NCBI RefSeq assembly: GCF_002113885.1
Contig: NW_018408296.1
Coordinates: 8,123-72,122 of the forward strand
DNA from: Mizuhopecten yessoensis
Lineage: Eukaryota
DNA length: 64,000 nucleotides
Reading direction: 5' to 3'
Shown: positions 24,546 through 38,177 of the stretch, piece after piece
Position numbering within the stretch: position 1 is the first letter of the stretch
Layout: each line of letters starts with the position of its first letter
Translations under genes and position numbers: made by a program
The notes under the pieces: generated by a model
Told to the model about the DNA's origin: nothing
Database searches by the model: none
Seen by the model: the letters and a program-made list of their open reading frames with translations, nothing else

Positions 24546-25239
24546 ACTCTCTGACTCACAATCCCATATTTCCAACGCATACCATATTTCCAACGAATCC
24601 CATATGTCAAATACCTCCAATACACAACGGAATAAATACCCAAGTGACCCCGATTGACACAGTTCAAGAGGTCACGAGAGTTCACAAAAAAGCGACGTTC
24701 AGACACACTCGCAGCGTCCACGCTCTCTGCCAAAACATTACCTTTCTCGCTCTCTCCAGACGGTTCTTACACTAGACTAACGGTTAATCAAGGTAATAAA
24801 GGTATTTACATTTGAATGAAAACCGTATTGCACATTGGAAAACAAAAGTAAATACCGTTTGAATGGACATTGTGTTTAAAAACATGTGCTTGACAATTAA
24901 AGATATTTATAAACATTTTCAAACTACTGTCACGCTAGAGTCAGTGACTATTATTGAACAATTCATTAAAGATCTTGCTTTATAACAAAACAATTCAGTA
25001 AAATACCACATTTTTACAATTGATCTAGACCTTCACGACATAAAAAGGAAAATCATATTTATTTTCCTGAGAGACGTTGACACCAAAACTTGTCCATTAT
25101 CTTTATATTCCTTAATCTACGGAGGGCATGTGTTGTAAGTTTGTTCATCAGCAGCCAGTATTCATTATGAAATTCGTGGTATTCGGATCAAGCACTTGAA
25201 TAAGAAACAAACTGCCACGAAAGGGAGAATTCAACATAA

Positions 25240-25992
25240 AACAAGAGGCCCAGAGGGCCTGAATCGCTCACCTGGATATCTAAGCAATCATGGCAAAATA
25301 TTCTCCAAATGAGATCCAAGGGAATATGCCAGACTCAAATGCCAATTCTTGTAGTATGTCTGTATTAGATTTTTCATGCCCAGCAATTTAATGTATGATT
25401 ATGGAGTGGGGATCTCAACTGTTTCCAAGCTGTGACTCAGAAACTAGATCCCTAGGGTTGTGGCCAGACCTCGGGATCAATTCTAATATCATGACCGCAT
25501 TCGTCTCTTTTTGTCCAGCATTTGTATTTATAGCCTTGGGGAATGGGGATCTCAACCGTTTCAAAGTTATTACCCAGGGGTTAAGTCTGCAAGGGTACGG
25601 CAGAGCCTGGAGTCAAATATAATATCATGACTGCATTCGTCTCTTTATACTCAGCAATTGTATATATGCATGGCTATAGGGTGGGGATCTCAACTGTTTC
25701 CAAGCTGTGACTAAGAAACTAGGTCCCTAAGGGTTCAGTCGTATATTCTAATATCATGACTACTTTTGTCTCTTTATGACAAGCATTTGTATATATAGTT
25801 CTGGGGTGGTGATCTCAACCGTTTCAAAGTTATGACCCAGGGACTATGTCTAAAAGGGTGGGGCCAGACCCCAGGCCATCCTGAAAGCAAATGTGCATGC
25901 TTCTCTATATACTCCACAAGTGTATCTCAACCATTTCCAAGTAACACACTTTTTTGGCCCCACCCCTTTTGCACGGGGGATGGGGGTGGTGT

Positions 25993-26034
<42 letters not shown>

Positions 26035-27381
26035 CAGCCCCATCATTCGTATAATTTTGAATCCCTGCCTCCCATGAATGCTTCTGACCAAATATGATCG
26101 ATATCAATTGCATAATGCTACAGAAGAAGTCGTTTATAGCAATATAGCCAAATTGCCCCCTTTTGATGCCCCAAGGATGCTTCAGACCAAATTTGTAACA
26201 AATCCTTTCATTCCTTCAGAAGAAGAGGTATTTTAAGGAATTGGCTATATTTTCTTTATTGGGACCCGCCGCTCAGGACCCTATGGGGCCAGACCCCCGG
26301 TTTATACAAAATTGGTTCCCCTTTACCCAAGGATGTTTCAGACCAAGAATGCAACAAATCCTTTCATTCCTACAGAAGAAGAATTATTTTAAAGAATTTG
26401 CTATGTTTCCCCTATTGGGCCCCGCTGCTGAGGCCCGTATAGGGCCAGACTCACGGTTTATACAAAACTTGTTCCCCTTTACCCAGGGATTCTTCAGACC
26501 AAATATGGAACAAATCTTTTTATTCATTCATTCAGAAGAAGGATTTTTAAGAATTTGCTATTTTCCCCCTATTGGGCCCGCCTCTCAGGCCCCTCAAGGG
26601 CCAGACCCCCGGTTTATACAAAATTGGTTCCCCTTTACCCAAGGATGCTTCAGACTAAATATGGAACAAATCCTTTCATTTCTACAGAAGGAGAAGTATT
26701 TTTAATAATTTACTACATGCATGTGTTCTCTATTGGGCCCAGCCCCTCGGCCCCTTGGGGGCCAGACCCCCAGTTTTTACAACATTGGTTCCCCTTTACC
26801 AAAGGATGCTTCCGACCAAATATCGAACAGTTTCTTTCATTCCTACAGAAGAAGAAGGATTTTAAAGAATTTGTTATGTTTCCCTTATTGGGCCCAGACC
26901 CCCAGTTTTCACAACATTGGTTCCCCTTTACCAAAGGATGCTTCCGACCAAATATCGAACAGTTTCTTTCATTCCTACAGAAGAAGAAGGATTTTAAAGA
27001 ATTTGTTATGTTTCCCTTATTGGGCCCCACCGCTCAGGCCCCTTTGGGCCCAGACCAACGGTTTTTACACAATTGGTTCCGCTTTACACAAGGATACTTC
27101 AGACCAAATATGGAACAAATCCTTTCATTCCTACAGAAGAAGAAGGGTTTTAAATAATTTGCTATATTGCCCGCCCCTCATCCCTCAGGGGTGGCCAGAC
27201 CCACCATTTCAACAAAAAAAAATCCCTTCTCCTAAGAATGCTTCTGACCAAATTTGGTCAAAATCTGCTCAGTCGTTTATGACTAATAGCGATTTTTAGG
27301 AAAAGTTGACGGACGCCGGACGCCGGACGTCGGATGCCGCGCCATGGCATAAGCTCACTTGCCCTTCGAACAGGTGAGCTA
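25240..27381 (+). mobile_element. non-autonomous Helentron/HINE-type element with two internal tandem arrays
   Basis: 5' aacaagaggcccagagggcctgaatcgctcacctgg; degenerate ~130-bp array, then (GT)n, then ~155-bp array; ggacgcc repeats; 3' gctcacttgcccttcgaacaggtgagct. Confidence 0.85.
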
Positions 27382-27753
27382 AAAATCGAAATCGTCCTCT
27401 TTAACGTACAGCTAAAAAGATCGAAGGAATAAAATAATAAATAGTAATAGTATATCCGGATGTGAAATAGAAGGCTAGATTTTTGTGACAATATCAGATA
27501 AGCTGCTCATTAGATTCAGCGTAATAAAAAGCAAAACTTGTCGGCAAGAACAACATCCCTGGCCCCTGTGTGAATGTATATTGGTGATTCATCCGTTTTA
27601 TATTTCAATAAATGTGACATTTCTCCAGTCTCACAGACAGTTGCTTTGCTACTCTGGTCAGGAATAGCTCGCATTGTTTGCTGTGCCGCCCGCTGAATAT
27701 ATTATTTCTTATATTGACATTGTTTTGTCTAACATTAGTGACATACCTCACAT

Positions 27754-27958
27754 ATGTTGAACATGATATATCGGTTTGTCATCTTAAGTACTATTGTTAT
27801 CATAAGTTCATGTTCGAGCGTAGCAGAGACCGAGAGGGAAGTGGTTACGGATCAGGTACATAAACCGTTAACGGGAAACTTGCTTTCCTCACCAGACAAG
27901 GCCAAGTGGGAAGTGCTTACGGGTCACTTACTTAAACCGTTTATGAGAAGTTTCGCAG
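27754..27958 (+). CDS. candidate first exon of a secreted or membrane protein (signal peptide)
   Basis: MIYRFVILSTIVIISSCSS hydrophobic leader, an internal ~72-bp duplication, and a strong phase-1 donor CAG|gtaagg. No homology recognised. Confidence 0.35.
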
Positions 27959-28106
27959 GTAAGGTTTTATTAATCCTATATTTTAACACTGCTATTGCAA
28001 TAACAAAAACATGGATGACATGACAAACAATTACATATTACCGCATTATGAATAAGATACTCCATGTTCCGGTAAAAATAATTATTTTATTTATGGGTGT
28101 TTAACT

Positions 28107-28309
28107 AACTGTTTACCTGGAATTTTTCGCTTAAGTTTAAATTTCGCCTTTTTCGCCCTCTGCTATGTGGGCGAATCTATCATCATGAATATAAGCAAAC
28201 AATTTACCATATACAGTTAAATGTGAAGGACGACATTACACTAGGCGAATATAGACTTTACCAGTGAAGGGCAAATATTTGACTGGACGATAGTTCCCGG
28301 TATAGAGTA
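28107..28309. mobile_element. MITE (Tc1/mariner-like ends)
   Basis: Imperfect TIR: actgtttacctggaatttttcgc versus ggacgatagttcccggtatagagta; ttcgcc / ggcgaa subterminal motifs. Confidence 0.55.
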
Positions 28310-28520
28310 AATACCGTTTCGTAGGTTTATAATGTGAACTGACTGATGTGTATCTTACACATCTACCTATCAATAATTCTATTTCGTGAGGTAGCTTCTT
28401 CTATCTCTTTTATTCTACCATTGCCTGTCATTGATTGTACATCTCTTCGCAAAATGGTGATAATTTAATCATAGTGAAGTATTCCACGCAAGTATATTTT
28501 CCATATTACAATCTCATATC

Positions 28521-28943
28521 TGTAACTCTGGTAAATACAAGCCGCAATATATCGCTCGGCTATAGAGAACTTCTTTTTAGCTCGATCGGTTGAGCGTAAG
28601 ACTAGTAAGCCAGTGGTCCCAGGTTCGATCCCATGCGGAGGCAGTGATTTATATTTAATTAATCATGCGCTCTGTTTCATTGGCGCCCACGTAGGGACCC
28701 GGGAAAAATACTCGGCCTTGCTCCACAAGCATCGCTGTTACCCCTGGAAAACTCGAGGACGACTTCTTTCCTGGAAGGGGAGTATGTAACTCTGGTAAAT
28801 ACTAGCCGCAATATATCGCTCGGCTATAGAGAACTTCTCTTTAGCTCGATCGGTTGAGCGTAAGACTAGTAAGCCAGTGGTCCCAGGTTCGATCCCATGC
28901 GGAGGCAGTGATTTATATTTAATTAATCATGCGCTCTGTTTCA
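28521..28943 (+). mobile_element. TRIM (miniature LTR retrotransposon) with tRNA-derived LTRs, Helenus-like
   Basis: 159-bp TG..CA LTRs at 28521-28679 and 28785-28943 with 2 mismatches; PBS tggcgcccacgtaggg at 28681 (tRNA-Lys-like); PPT ggaaggggag; A box tagctcgatcgg and B box ggttcgatccc in each LTR. Confidence 0.92.
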
Positions 28944-28949
28944 TTATTA

Positions 28950-30414
28950 CCGGAGACGTCCATTGAATACACCCCCATGTGCCCCGCATATGTGTATTCA
29001 AACCGGAAATGGAGCGGAAAACCTGTGAAGTGTTCACAGCGATGTTTTAACTTTCCACTCAGTTCTTGTTGCCTTTCCATGGATTAATTGACTGCCCGTG
29101 TACCGGTAAGCTGAACTTGGATGTGCGTGTTCTCCTGTGATTCTGACAGGCTAGATTTGATTCATTCGCGCTCGAGCCCTGGATTATAGTGTGCACACTG
29201 ACAGTTTCTCTATGTAATCGCCGGACTGCGTCGCCGAAGAGGAACATCAGCACATTGACTTTCGCATTTATTAAATAAGGTTATTGTGATCATATTATTT
29301 ACTTGTCTATTTATAATTATCATTTGCATTGCAATTGTATCTCATCTGCAATTTATTGTGTGTATTTTTGGTGAAATTTTTGTGGTATTAGGACCTTCTC
29401 TGTATTATATACTTTGGGTAATTTTTTTTTCAACTTTTTGCATTTCTTGTTGACACGACCTTGACCTTTGTGTTTACATCCGGTCTTGGTTTTACTTCCG
29501 GTTATATTGTAAAACATTTGTTTAGATATATACCACGGACTTAGATCTAATTCTGTGGATATAATAAAAAAAATTCAACCGGACCACTGGTATCTTTTGT
29601 TGTTATCATAATATTCAGCTTGGTGGTGCTCCATTATTTTTTTTCCTAGGCCGTTTCTTAACAGTTTTTTTTGCTGTGTCTGAATATTTTATTATTATTA
29701 TTCTCTCTAAGTATTCCTAGGTTATTCTAGTTGGTATAATTTCCTTTCTCTTTTCCTTGACTTCATTTTTACTTTGACACATTGACATTTATTGACATAT
29801 GTGGTGTATGATATGTGATTCCTGTATGCTTGCTGTGAGATTACTTGTTTTTTTGTGCATTTTGTGTTGATTTGTGTTATTTTATTTGTGGGGGTTCACT
29901 TGCATTCATTGTGAAATATTTACTTCATGTACATGTTTTTTCCTGCCTAGTGTATGATTTGCATACGTTAACTTACATATTTCATTGCAGCATTTTTTTT
30001 GGATGCAGTAACAAGCAGAAGGGATTGGTAAGTTTGTAGTTAAGTGTATTGGTGTTATTTCTTTAATAGACAATTATTTTTATATTATATGTAGTTTATT
30101 TCAGTACACCAATCTTGTGCTATTGATTCATTGGACTTTACTGATTTGCTTTTGATGTGTTGTATGCAATTTACTTTATATTGATCTGGAAATCTGTTAC
30201 TTTAATCATGTCGGATACTGAGGAAGCAAGTAAGTTGTTCAAAGGGTTCAAGGACCTGAGAGTTGTTCCAAATTTTGACTCGCCCGAGTCTCTGCGCCAA
30301 TGGATGTTAGAATACGCAGCTCTACAGAAGTCTGATGAAGAGAAAGAGGAGAAGCCTCCTGTTCTTCCATATGTAATTCCCACTCCAGCTGTTCAGGTTC
30401 CTATTACCACACAT
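28950..30414 (+). mobile_element. probable Gypsy-type retrotransposon 5' fragment (leader plus start of gag)
   Basis: GC-richer LTR-like segment, long T-rich leader, then MSDTEEASKLFKGFKDLRVVPNFDSPESLRQWMLEY, which resembles mollusc Gypsy gag N-termini. Cut off at the palindrome. Confidence 0.4.
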
Positions 30415-30693
30415 GCCGCCGTTTGGTAGTTCTTCTTTGACCATCTATCAGAGAGGTTGTATTTTTCACAAAGATGTAGATCTAATCTATATTTATTTAT
30501 TCACGTCCTGGGCACCACATGCCAAGGACTTTTGTCTATGTTCTCATCATTAAACACATCTATGAAGAGAACATGGACAAAAGTCCTTGGCATGTGGTGC
30601 CCAGGACGTGAATAAATAAATATAGATTAGATCTACATCTTTGTGAAAAATACAACCTCTCTGATAGTCAAAGAAGAACTACCAAACGGCGGC
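30415..30693. repeat. near-perfect inverted repeat, ~135-bp arms, 11-bp spacer
   Basis: gccgccgtttggtagttcttctttgac...catcat / atgaag...gtcaaagaagaactaccaaacggcggc; only a 4-bp indel and about two substitutions. Confidence 0.97.
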
Positions 30694-30939
30694 AAAAGTA
30701 CAAAAGAGAGGAAAGGAAAACGCAACGCGCATGTCCTGTACTGTCCGTCAGTGGTCAAACCTGTTTTATACCTACATACGTCATACGAACACTCTCCGGA
30801 CACTCACGAACCGCACATACAAAACACACAACGGGCAATTACCTAACACACGGTGTAAAATACGCACAACGCAACAATCACACAACGAGCGATAATAAAT
30901 ATAAACCCTAAAAACAATCCAAATTAACAGGGTGCCACA
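30562..30939 (-). mobile_element. partial LTR-like sequence
   Basis: Minus strand starts tgtggcacc, contains gtataaaa, and runs into the right arm of the palindrome. Confidence 0.4.
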
Positions 30940-32370
30940 TATCCAACATATATGTCAACAAGTATAGATTAGTACTCCTTTGTAATTATTCTTTTTAAGT
31001 ATTAGTACACTGTACATTAGTTCCGTCTTAGAAAGGCATGGTTATCTGACATCAAAACTTTCTACCAATTATCTAAACATTAATATATACATATTCATGT
31101 GACGAATAAAATCTCAAGACATTTTCAAGTGCAACTTCAATGTAATATTATTTAAACAATCAATGTTCAATATTGGGGAAAACATATAATGTGATATAAT
31201 TAATGTAAAATGTTATTGAGCTAAGGAATCTGCGAGAATTTCTTAGAATGAACACACTCAGAATCTCGTTCCCACAATGTTTTTTTCCGAATAAACAATG
31301 TACACTTATATTGATATAACAAAACATTATTCTACGGGGCGACTCGAATTGTACAGGATACGTGTAAAAAGGTGAAACAAAGATAATGATATATCAATTT
31401 TTATCATATTGCGGTTCTCCATATTTCCATCCCTCTCATAAACTGGAGATTATCACTTCCTCAGCCTCTAATATAACTCCGACCGGCACTTCCTCCCTCC
31501 TCTCAAATATAGCTGACCACGACCTTCCTCTGACTCCTTACACAGTTGACCATGACCACTTATTGACCAACATACAAGCTCCTGTTCCTGCTACTACACA
31601 GCTGACCACCTCATGCCTATATCGTTTGAAATTTTTATTTTTATTTTTTAAATATTATAGCATTGTTTGCTCATACTAAAATCCTCAATCCTACAGGCTT
31701 ATGAGACACCATACTAAAACGTCTTAATCGCTTAAGAATTATTATCATAGTAATATTAACTCAAGTTCATAACTTATTTTATGTTCATAATTTTAGACTT
31801 GAAGATAAAAACATCATTTTGCAAAATTCTGAACTCTTTATTAGTTTACACAATTATTCATATTTCTCAAATCTCAAAATAAAAAATGCATTTGAAGAAA
31901 GCAGCGATACCTTATATTTTAATCAAAATAGCAGTCAATTAAGAAAATGGTTTTATTTTCTAAAACAGTTAACTTGTAATGTGGACATAATCTTAAATCT
32001 AATAGACTTTCGGACTATAATACCACCCAATGGTAAGTTACAACATGTGATTGAGATCAAAATTCTGTGATAGTTTCTAAGAATGAACACACTTAAAATG
32101 ATAGTTTCCCGTAAACAGGTCTGATTTGTATAATGAATACGTTCTTAACATAATTCTTACAATTCTTCGTCACCTACTCTTTCACACCTCAAGTTTCTAT
32201 GATCCGCCAAATTATAATATGATCTCTCAGATAATTACTTCAAAAACGGGCGTTAATACCATTAGTAAGCCTGTTTATTTACTTATATATTCCTGTATTT
32301 GATGAATGATGCTTTCCGATTGACAATTTATGTGCAATAACAAAAAATTGTTACTCAGTAAAAAATATAT

Positions 32371-32515
32371 ACTTTTAACCAATTTCAATGACTTTTAATC
32401 AATTACAATGAGTTTTAACCAATAACAATGACTTTTAATCAATTACAATGACTTTTAATCAAGTACTATGACTTTTAATTAATTACAATGACTTTTAACC
32501 AATTACAATGACTTT
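32371..32515. repeat. 20-bp minisatellite, about 7 copies
   Basis: acttttaa(c/t)caattacaatg repeats. Confidence 0.9.
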
Positions 32516-32999
32516 AAGCATTTACTGTTCTGTTTCTTAAACATACCACTCGATTCATTTCCCCTTAGTTATGGAAGACGCCGTGATGCTTTGTCTATTT
32601 ATTATGATAAGTTAATAAAACAAAACCTTGCGTTAACATATTTGTTTATCTATGGACTGATATTTCACATTGGTATGTCATGTAGTCGTCTACGACAGAA
32701 ACGAACCTTCCTTTGAAGTTCAGCTCGGTTGAGTATCGTAAATTTTATTGTATACGTTTTTTGCCATGTTTCGCTTCCCAGAGGTGCCTTCCATTCAATG
32801 TTGAGATTCTGGAAAAACATTTTGGAGGCATTTGTCTTCTCCCCTATTTGGTAGTATTACCTGTGCTATTTATAGACATTGCGAGCTGTTTTTCACATAC
32901 CTGTGATACACCTGTGTTGTCCCTATGGTCGACGACTCGTCACGCTCCATTGAAGTACACCTGTTAGTCCCACTTACCTGTTCATCATAACCAGTGTAA

Positions 33000-35900
33000 C
33001 TTCTGAGGATCGCGTCGTGTACAATACGGAGTGGCCAGTAATAGTGGTGAATTAAAAAACTTTATTCCAAAATGGGGAAAAAGGGAGGGCAGAAACGCAA
33101 AAAGACAAATATTGTGAACGAAAGAATCCATGTTGTTGATGATGAACAGTACAGAGAGTGAACATACGGCAAACCAATCAGCGGGACTTCTAAGTTCGAT
33201 CATTAAGCCCACCGAGAACACAGAGAAACCAGACTCTAGCTACGTCGACACCCATCTCTACAAATGACAATTTCAACGACAAAATCGATGTGATACTAAA
33301 GAAACTTGACAAGCTAGATATTATCGAACAACAAGTAACTGGTCTTGCCAACAGGGTCACAAATCTTGAGGAAATATGTTGGAAGTTGAGAAAAAGTCAT
33401 CAGTGATAGAAAACACTGTCAAATTTGTTCTGATGAGTTAGATGACATCGTATCGACTAATGCTGGTCCCGACCGTGAATCTGTACAGACACTTAACTCT
33501 ATGAAACGAGAAATGGACGAAATACGGAAAGATAGAGACCAGCACCGCGAGTCAGTTATAGACCTCCAGTGCAGATTAATGAAAAACAATCTTGTGTTTC
33601 TGGGTCTTGGAGGTGGACATCGCAACGAGAACACCGAGGTTCTCCTCAAGGAGTTCCTGTACCATGAAATGAAAATCCAAAGGAACATCGAGTTTGGAAA
33701 CGTCCATCGTTTTGGTAGGTTCACCAGAGGCCACAATCGACCCATAGTGGCAAGGTTCCTCTATTACCAAGACATGCAGCTGGTAAAGAACAACTCCTTC
33801 AGGCTTAAAGGGATCCATTATGTCGTCAGTGAGCAATACCCCTCTGCGATAGAGGAGCGCAGGAAACAACTCTATCCGGTTATGAGAATATGTAGGCAAG
33901 AACATCAACATGTTCGTCTCGTAAGGGACCGGTTGTACGTAAATGGCATTCTGTACCAGGACAATGACGACGCCATACTTCCGCCACCGAATGCTACTGA
34001 CCATCGCGGTGAGGGAGGTTCATCACACTTGCCTCATAACAACCCACCAGTCGACGACTCTGACTCCAACGGCGGGTCTTTCAACACCCCACATCCGGAT
34101 AGTACTTCACCGATCCCAACATGCATCCTAATCAGCAAATGCATCCAAACCATGGACAACCTTCGAGAAGGCTACTTCCGATTTCAACGGACGTTACCAA
34201 ACCGCCACAGGCCCCGGCTAACCTCGACCAACCGACATCAGCAACAACCAGGCAGTGACATCCATCAGCCAGTGCCAAGGTCGTCCCGTCCGAATGTCCC
34301 AAATCCCCTCTCTGATACTAGCCATTCCAATACCAACGTAATCAGATAGGGATGCGAGGAGAGTGACCACCTCCAAATTGTATCATGGAACATTGGCAAA
34401 GGCATGTATAGCAAACTTGACGACCCTTAATTTTGTAATTTAATCAAAAATAAGGATATAATTTGTTTAACAGAATGTTGGATTACGGAGGAAGATGTTT
34501 TTGATATACCAGGCTACCATAAATTTTCATTTCCAAGGAAAACCAAAGGTAGAGGTATGGTTATCTTCTACAAACAATCGTTAAGCAACAATTTATCTCT
34601 TGAATATCAAATCCATAATAGCATTGTAATGCTTAAATATTCAAAACAATGTGTTAATATTTTTTTTATATTCTGTTACTTTCCTCCAGAGAGTATTCTA
34701 TCAAAATGAAAACAATAAAGACCTCTTCTTAAGCTTGGAGGAGCTGCTCTCCCAATACAAAGAGAGGGTTGATATATGTGTTACTGGCGATTTAAACTAT
34801 CGCACAGGTTGTAAATACGATCTCATAGTAAATGATGGTCTAAATGATTTTCTGTTAAACATGGTTGAAATGTTGAACTATAATAATGATGAGAATATAA
34901 TCTCACGTAAGAACGCCGATACCCGATACGTATGTCAACAATTTCGGTAGAAAATTATTGTCTATGTGTATTGCCTCTGGTTTCCGTATTGTCAATGGTC
35001 GCCATTCTCGCGACAAAAAGGGAAGTATTACTTTTTGTGGTCACAACGGAACCAGTACAATTGACTATGTTTTAGCAGAAACCGGTAAGTTTAGTAACAT
35101 TCGTGAGTTTTCTGTGGGTCATTTCACAACAATTTCTGATCACGCCCCATTGTGTTTTAGCGTAAATTATAGAACAAACTATGAATACTGTGAACAGGAT
35201 AAAAACACTTAGTCAAGAGTTGCAAGCGATTTTGTCAAATGGAAGGATGAAAACAGGGAATTGATGAAAACGAAATTAGTAGAAGATGCAATCGCTTTAG
35301 GACGAGTTTGTGAAATAAACGCTAAAACGCAATGTGACGTTGACGTCATGGTCGACAATTTTTGTAGTTTGGTAAATGCTGTTGTTATGACTTATTGTGA
35401 TGTAAAACATGTACAGACATGTGGGTTATCTAGTAACAAGAAAAACAATCCCTTCAAAAATGACAAGCCTTGGTTCACTAATGAGTGTAGAAATAAGTAT
35501 CGAGAATACAAAACTGCTCTGACAACCTTTAACAATGGTAAGTCACCAGCTACCACCGAGTTGTAAAAGATAGGAAACGCTCTAACAAAATATTAGAAAA
35601 CAGGCGTAAGAGAGGACATAAGAGATACGAAGGCGATATGTTAGAATTAGTCAGACGAAACAACCCTAGACAATTTTATAAATATTTTGGTAAAAGAAAA
35701 CCCCCTGTTTCTGCTGCTTCATCAAATATTGGCTTGGATGATTTCTTATCTCACTTTAAAAATCTTAATATCGGACAATCTGAAAGTACCGAAAATATTG
35801 TAGAAGAAAACTATGAGGCTGATTATGAAGAGTTAGACAAAATTATAACAGAAGATGAAATTGTAGTTGCAATCAGAAAATTAAAGAGAAACAAAAGCTG

Positions 35901-37980
35901 TGGTGAAGACAAAACCCTAAATGAGCTATTTTTATATGGTAAAAATGAACTTTTACCAGGTATAACTAAAATATTCAATAATGTCTTCAAATCCGGGTAT
36001 TTTCCAGATGCCTGGTCAAAAGCATGTGTTGTTCCATTACATAAAAAGGGAGATATTGATTACCCTAACAACTACAGAGGCATCTCATTATTAAGCTGTC
36101 TGGGTAAATTATTTACTGGAGTGTTAAATCAGAGACTTCTTAAATGGGATAATGAACATAATATAATTACCGATGCTCATTGGATTCAAACCTGGTTTTT
36201 CGACGGTAGATGCCATTTTCGCATTACAATTAATAAAACATTAAAAGTGAAAAAGAGACTATATTGTTGCTTTATAGATTACACAAGAGCATTCGATTTG
36301 ATTGAAAGAATTTTTTGTGGTCTTAACTCATTAAACATGGAATCAAAGGGAAAATGTTGAAAATTATTATTCAGTCGCTTTATAAAAATGTAAAATCATG
36401 TATAAAGTTTAATGGTTTGTTATCAGAGTACTACCCAAACAAAATCGGTTTGTTCCAGGGAGAAATTCTGTCACCGATTCTATATAGCCTCTATGTAAAT
36501 GATTGCGAAATGAAATTTATCACTGAAAATTGTCCATCTATTGAAATAGGTCTCTTAAACTTGTTTTTACTTATGTATGCCGATGGCACTGTATTGATTG
36601 CGGAGACACCAGAAGCATTGCAGAAACTTTTAGATTCATTATATGTATATAACCTAGAATGGACGTTAAAACACAATATCTCCAAAACCAAGATTGTTAT
36701 CTTTCGAAATGGGGGAACATAAGAGATGCTTAAAAAATGGATCTATAACAACCAGGAGGTCGATATAGTTAATGAATTTAATTATTTGGGAATGTTGATG
36801 AATTTTAACGGAAAGTTCAATGTTACCCAGAAACATATTGCTAACCAGGGAAGAAAAGCTTTATTTGCAATTAATAGTAAATTGAAGAAAAATAATTTTA
36901 ATATTAGTACAAAATGTTCAGTGTTTGATACATGTGTCAACAGCATACTCGAGTATGGAAGCGAGATATGGGGCTTTCATAAAGCACCAGAGATAGAAAT
37001 GCTCCATTCTTGCTTTTGTAAACGACTGCTTGGTGTCAAACAAAGCACAGGTACTGATTTTGTATATTACGAGCTCGGTAGACAGTCATGTTACATAAAT
37101 AGAAAGTTAAAAGTTATAAAATACTGGTTAAAATTAAAAGAATCCAAAAATTGTACATGGCCACATGTTTAGAAGAGCGATTAATAATGAATGATGATTG
37201 GATAAACAATATTAAACAAGAACTAGATAAACTTGGATTATCTTACTCTTGGACTAGTGATACTATAAATGGTAATATGTACAAAGTAGTAGAACAACGA
37301 TGTAAAGATTGTTACACCCAGGAAATGAGTGCAAGAATTATAAATGCTGCAAGAAGTGACCTATACAAACATATAATTGATCATTTTTGCATGCAATATT
37401 ATTTACTGAAACCTATTGATAATATATATAAAAAATCTATAGCCAGTATTAGATTGTCATCACACCAGTTAAAAATCGAAATTGGCCGCTATCACAACAT
37501 TGATAGGAGACGCAGAATATGTGAATGTTGCCAAAGTTATGAAATTGAAGATGAGTTCCATTTTTATACTGCAATGTCCATTTTATATAGAAATTAGACA
37601 AAGGTATATTAAAAGGTATTATAATAAGTCACCTAGCGTTTTCAAACTTGTGCAATTGTTAAGTATAAATAATGTTAAGGAACTAAATAATCTTGGAAAA
37701 TATATCCATTTTGCCTTTAAGAAAAGAAAAACACACTTTGGATAAAAGTGAATATTATCGTTATATACCTCACACATGTATTTCAGGTATATTTCGAATT
37801 CAAAGAAAAGCATGTCATCGCTGAAAACAAATTATTACTTTTACTTCTGTTTGCCTGTATAATATAAGTATTATTGCTGATGTTGTACAACATATATTTA
37901 TTATTAAACTTAAGCAAAAAGTGGTACATAAGTGGTAGATCTCTGAAAAGAACTTATTACTTATACTTCTCTCTCTATGT

Positions 37981-38014
<34 letters not shown>

Positions 38015-38177
38015 CTGTCTGTCTGTGTATGTGTTATACAGACATATATATGTTACTTTCTGTGTTCTGTATGCATGTCATGAGAGATCACTCTCCAAAT
38101 ATGCATGTAATATTATGTATTATATTTATGTATACCTATGGATCGTAAGGCCCCCGGAATAAATTTGAATGGAATTG
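33000..38177 (+). mobile_element. near full-length two-ORF LINE (RTE-X/Proto2-like), inactivated
   Basis: ORF1 from 33072 to 34349: coiled coil plus NNLVFLG..HRFG..RPIVARF RNA-binding region. ORF2 to 37745: APE (IVSWNI, LTECW, GDLN, TIDY, SDH), RT (NYRGISLL, FQGEILSP, YAD) and C-terminal RLSSH..C..C..EDEFHF..C. 3' end gaataaatttgaatggaattg. Many frameshifts. Confidence 0.92.

Noticed and set aside
23900-24790. GC-richer segments resembling a retroelement 5' region
   Set aside because: No recognisable protein motif or termini; cannot be classified by eye.
26241-27299. 150-200 aa ORFs with repeated WFPFT motifs
   Set aside because: Chance translation of the satellite array within a non-autonomous element; open in several frames.
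28569-28643. Functional tRNA-Thr genes (two copies)
   Set aside because: The anticodon stem does not pair, the acceptor stem is weak, and both copies lie within the LTRs of a TRIM.
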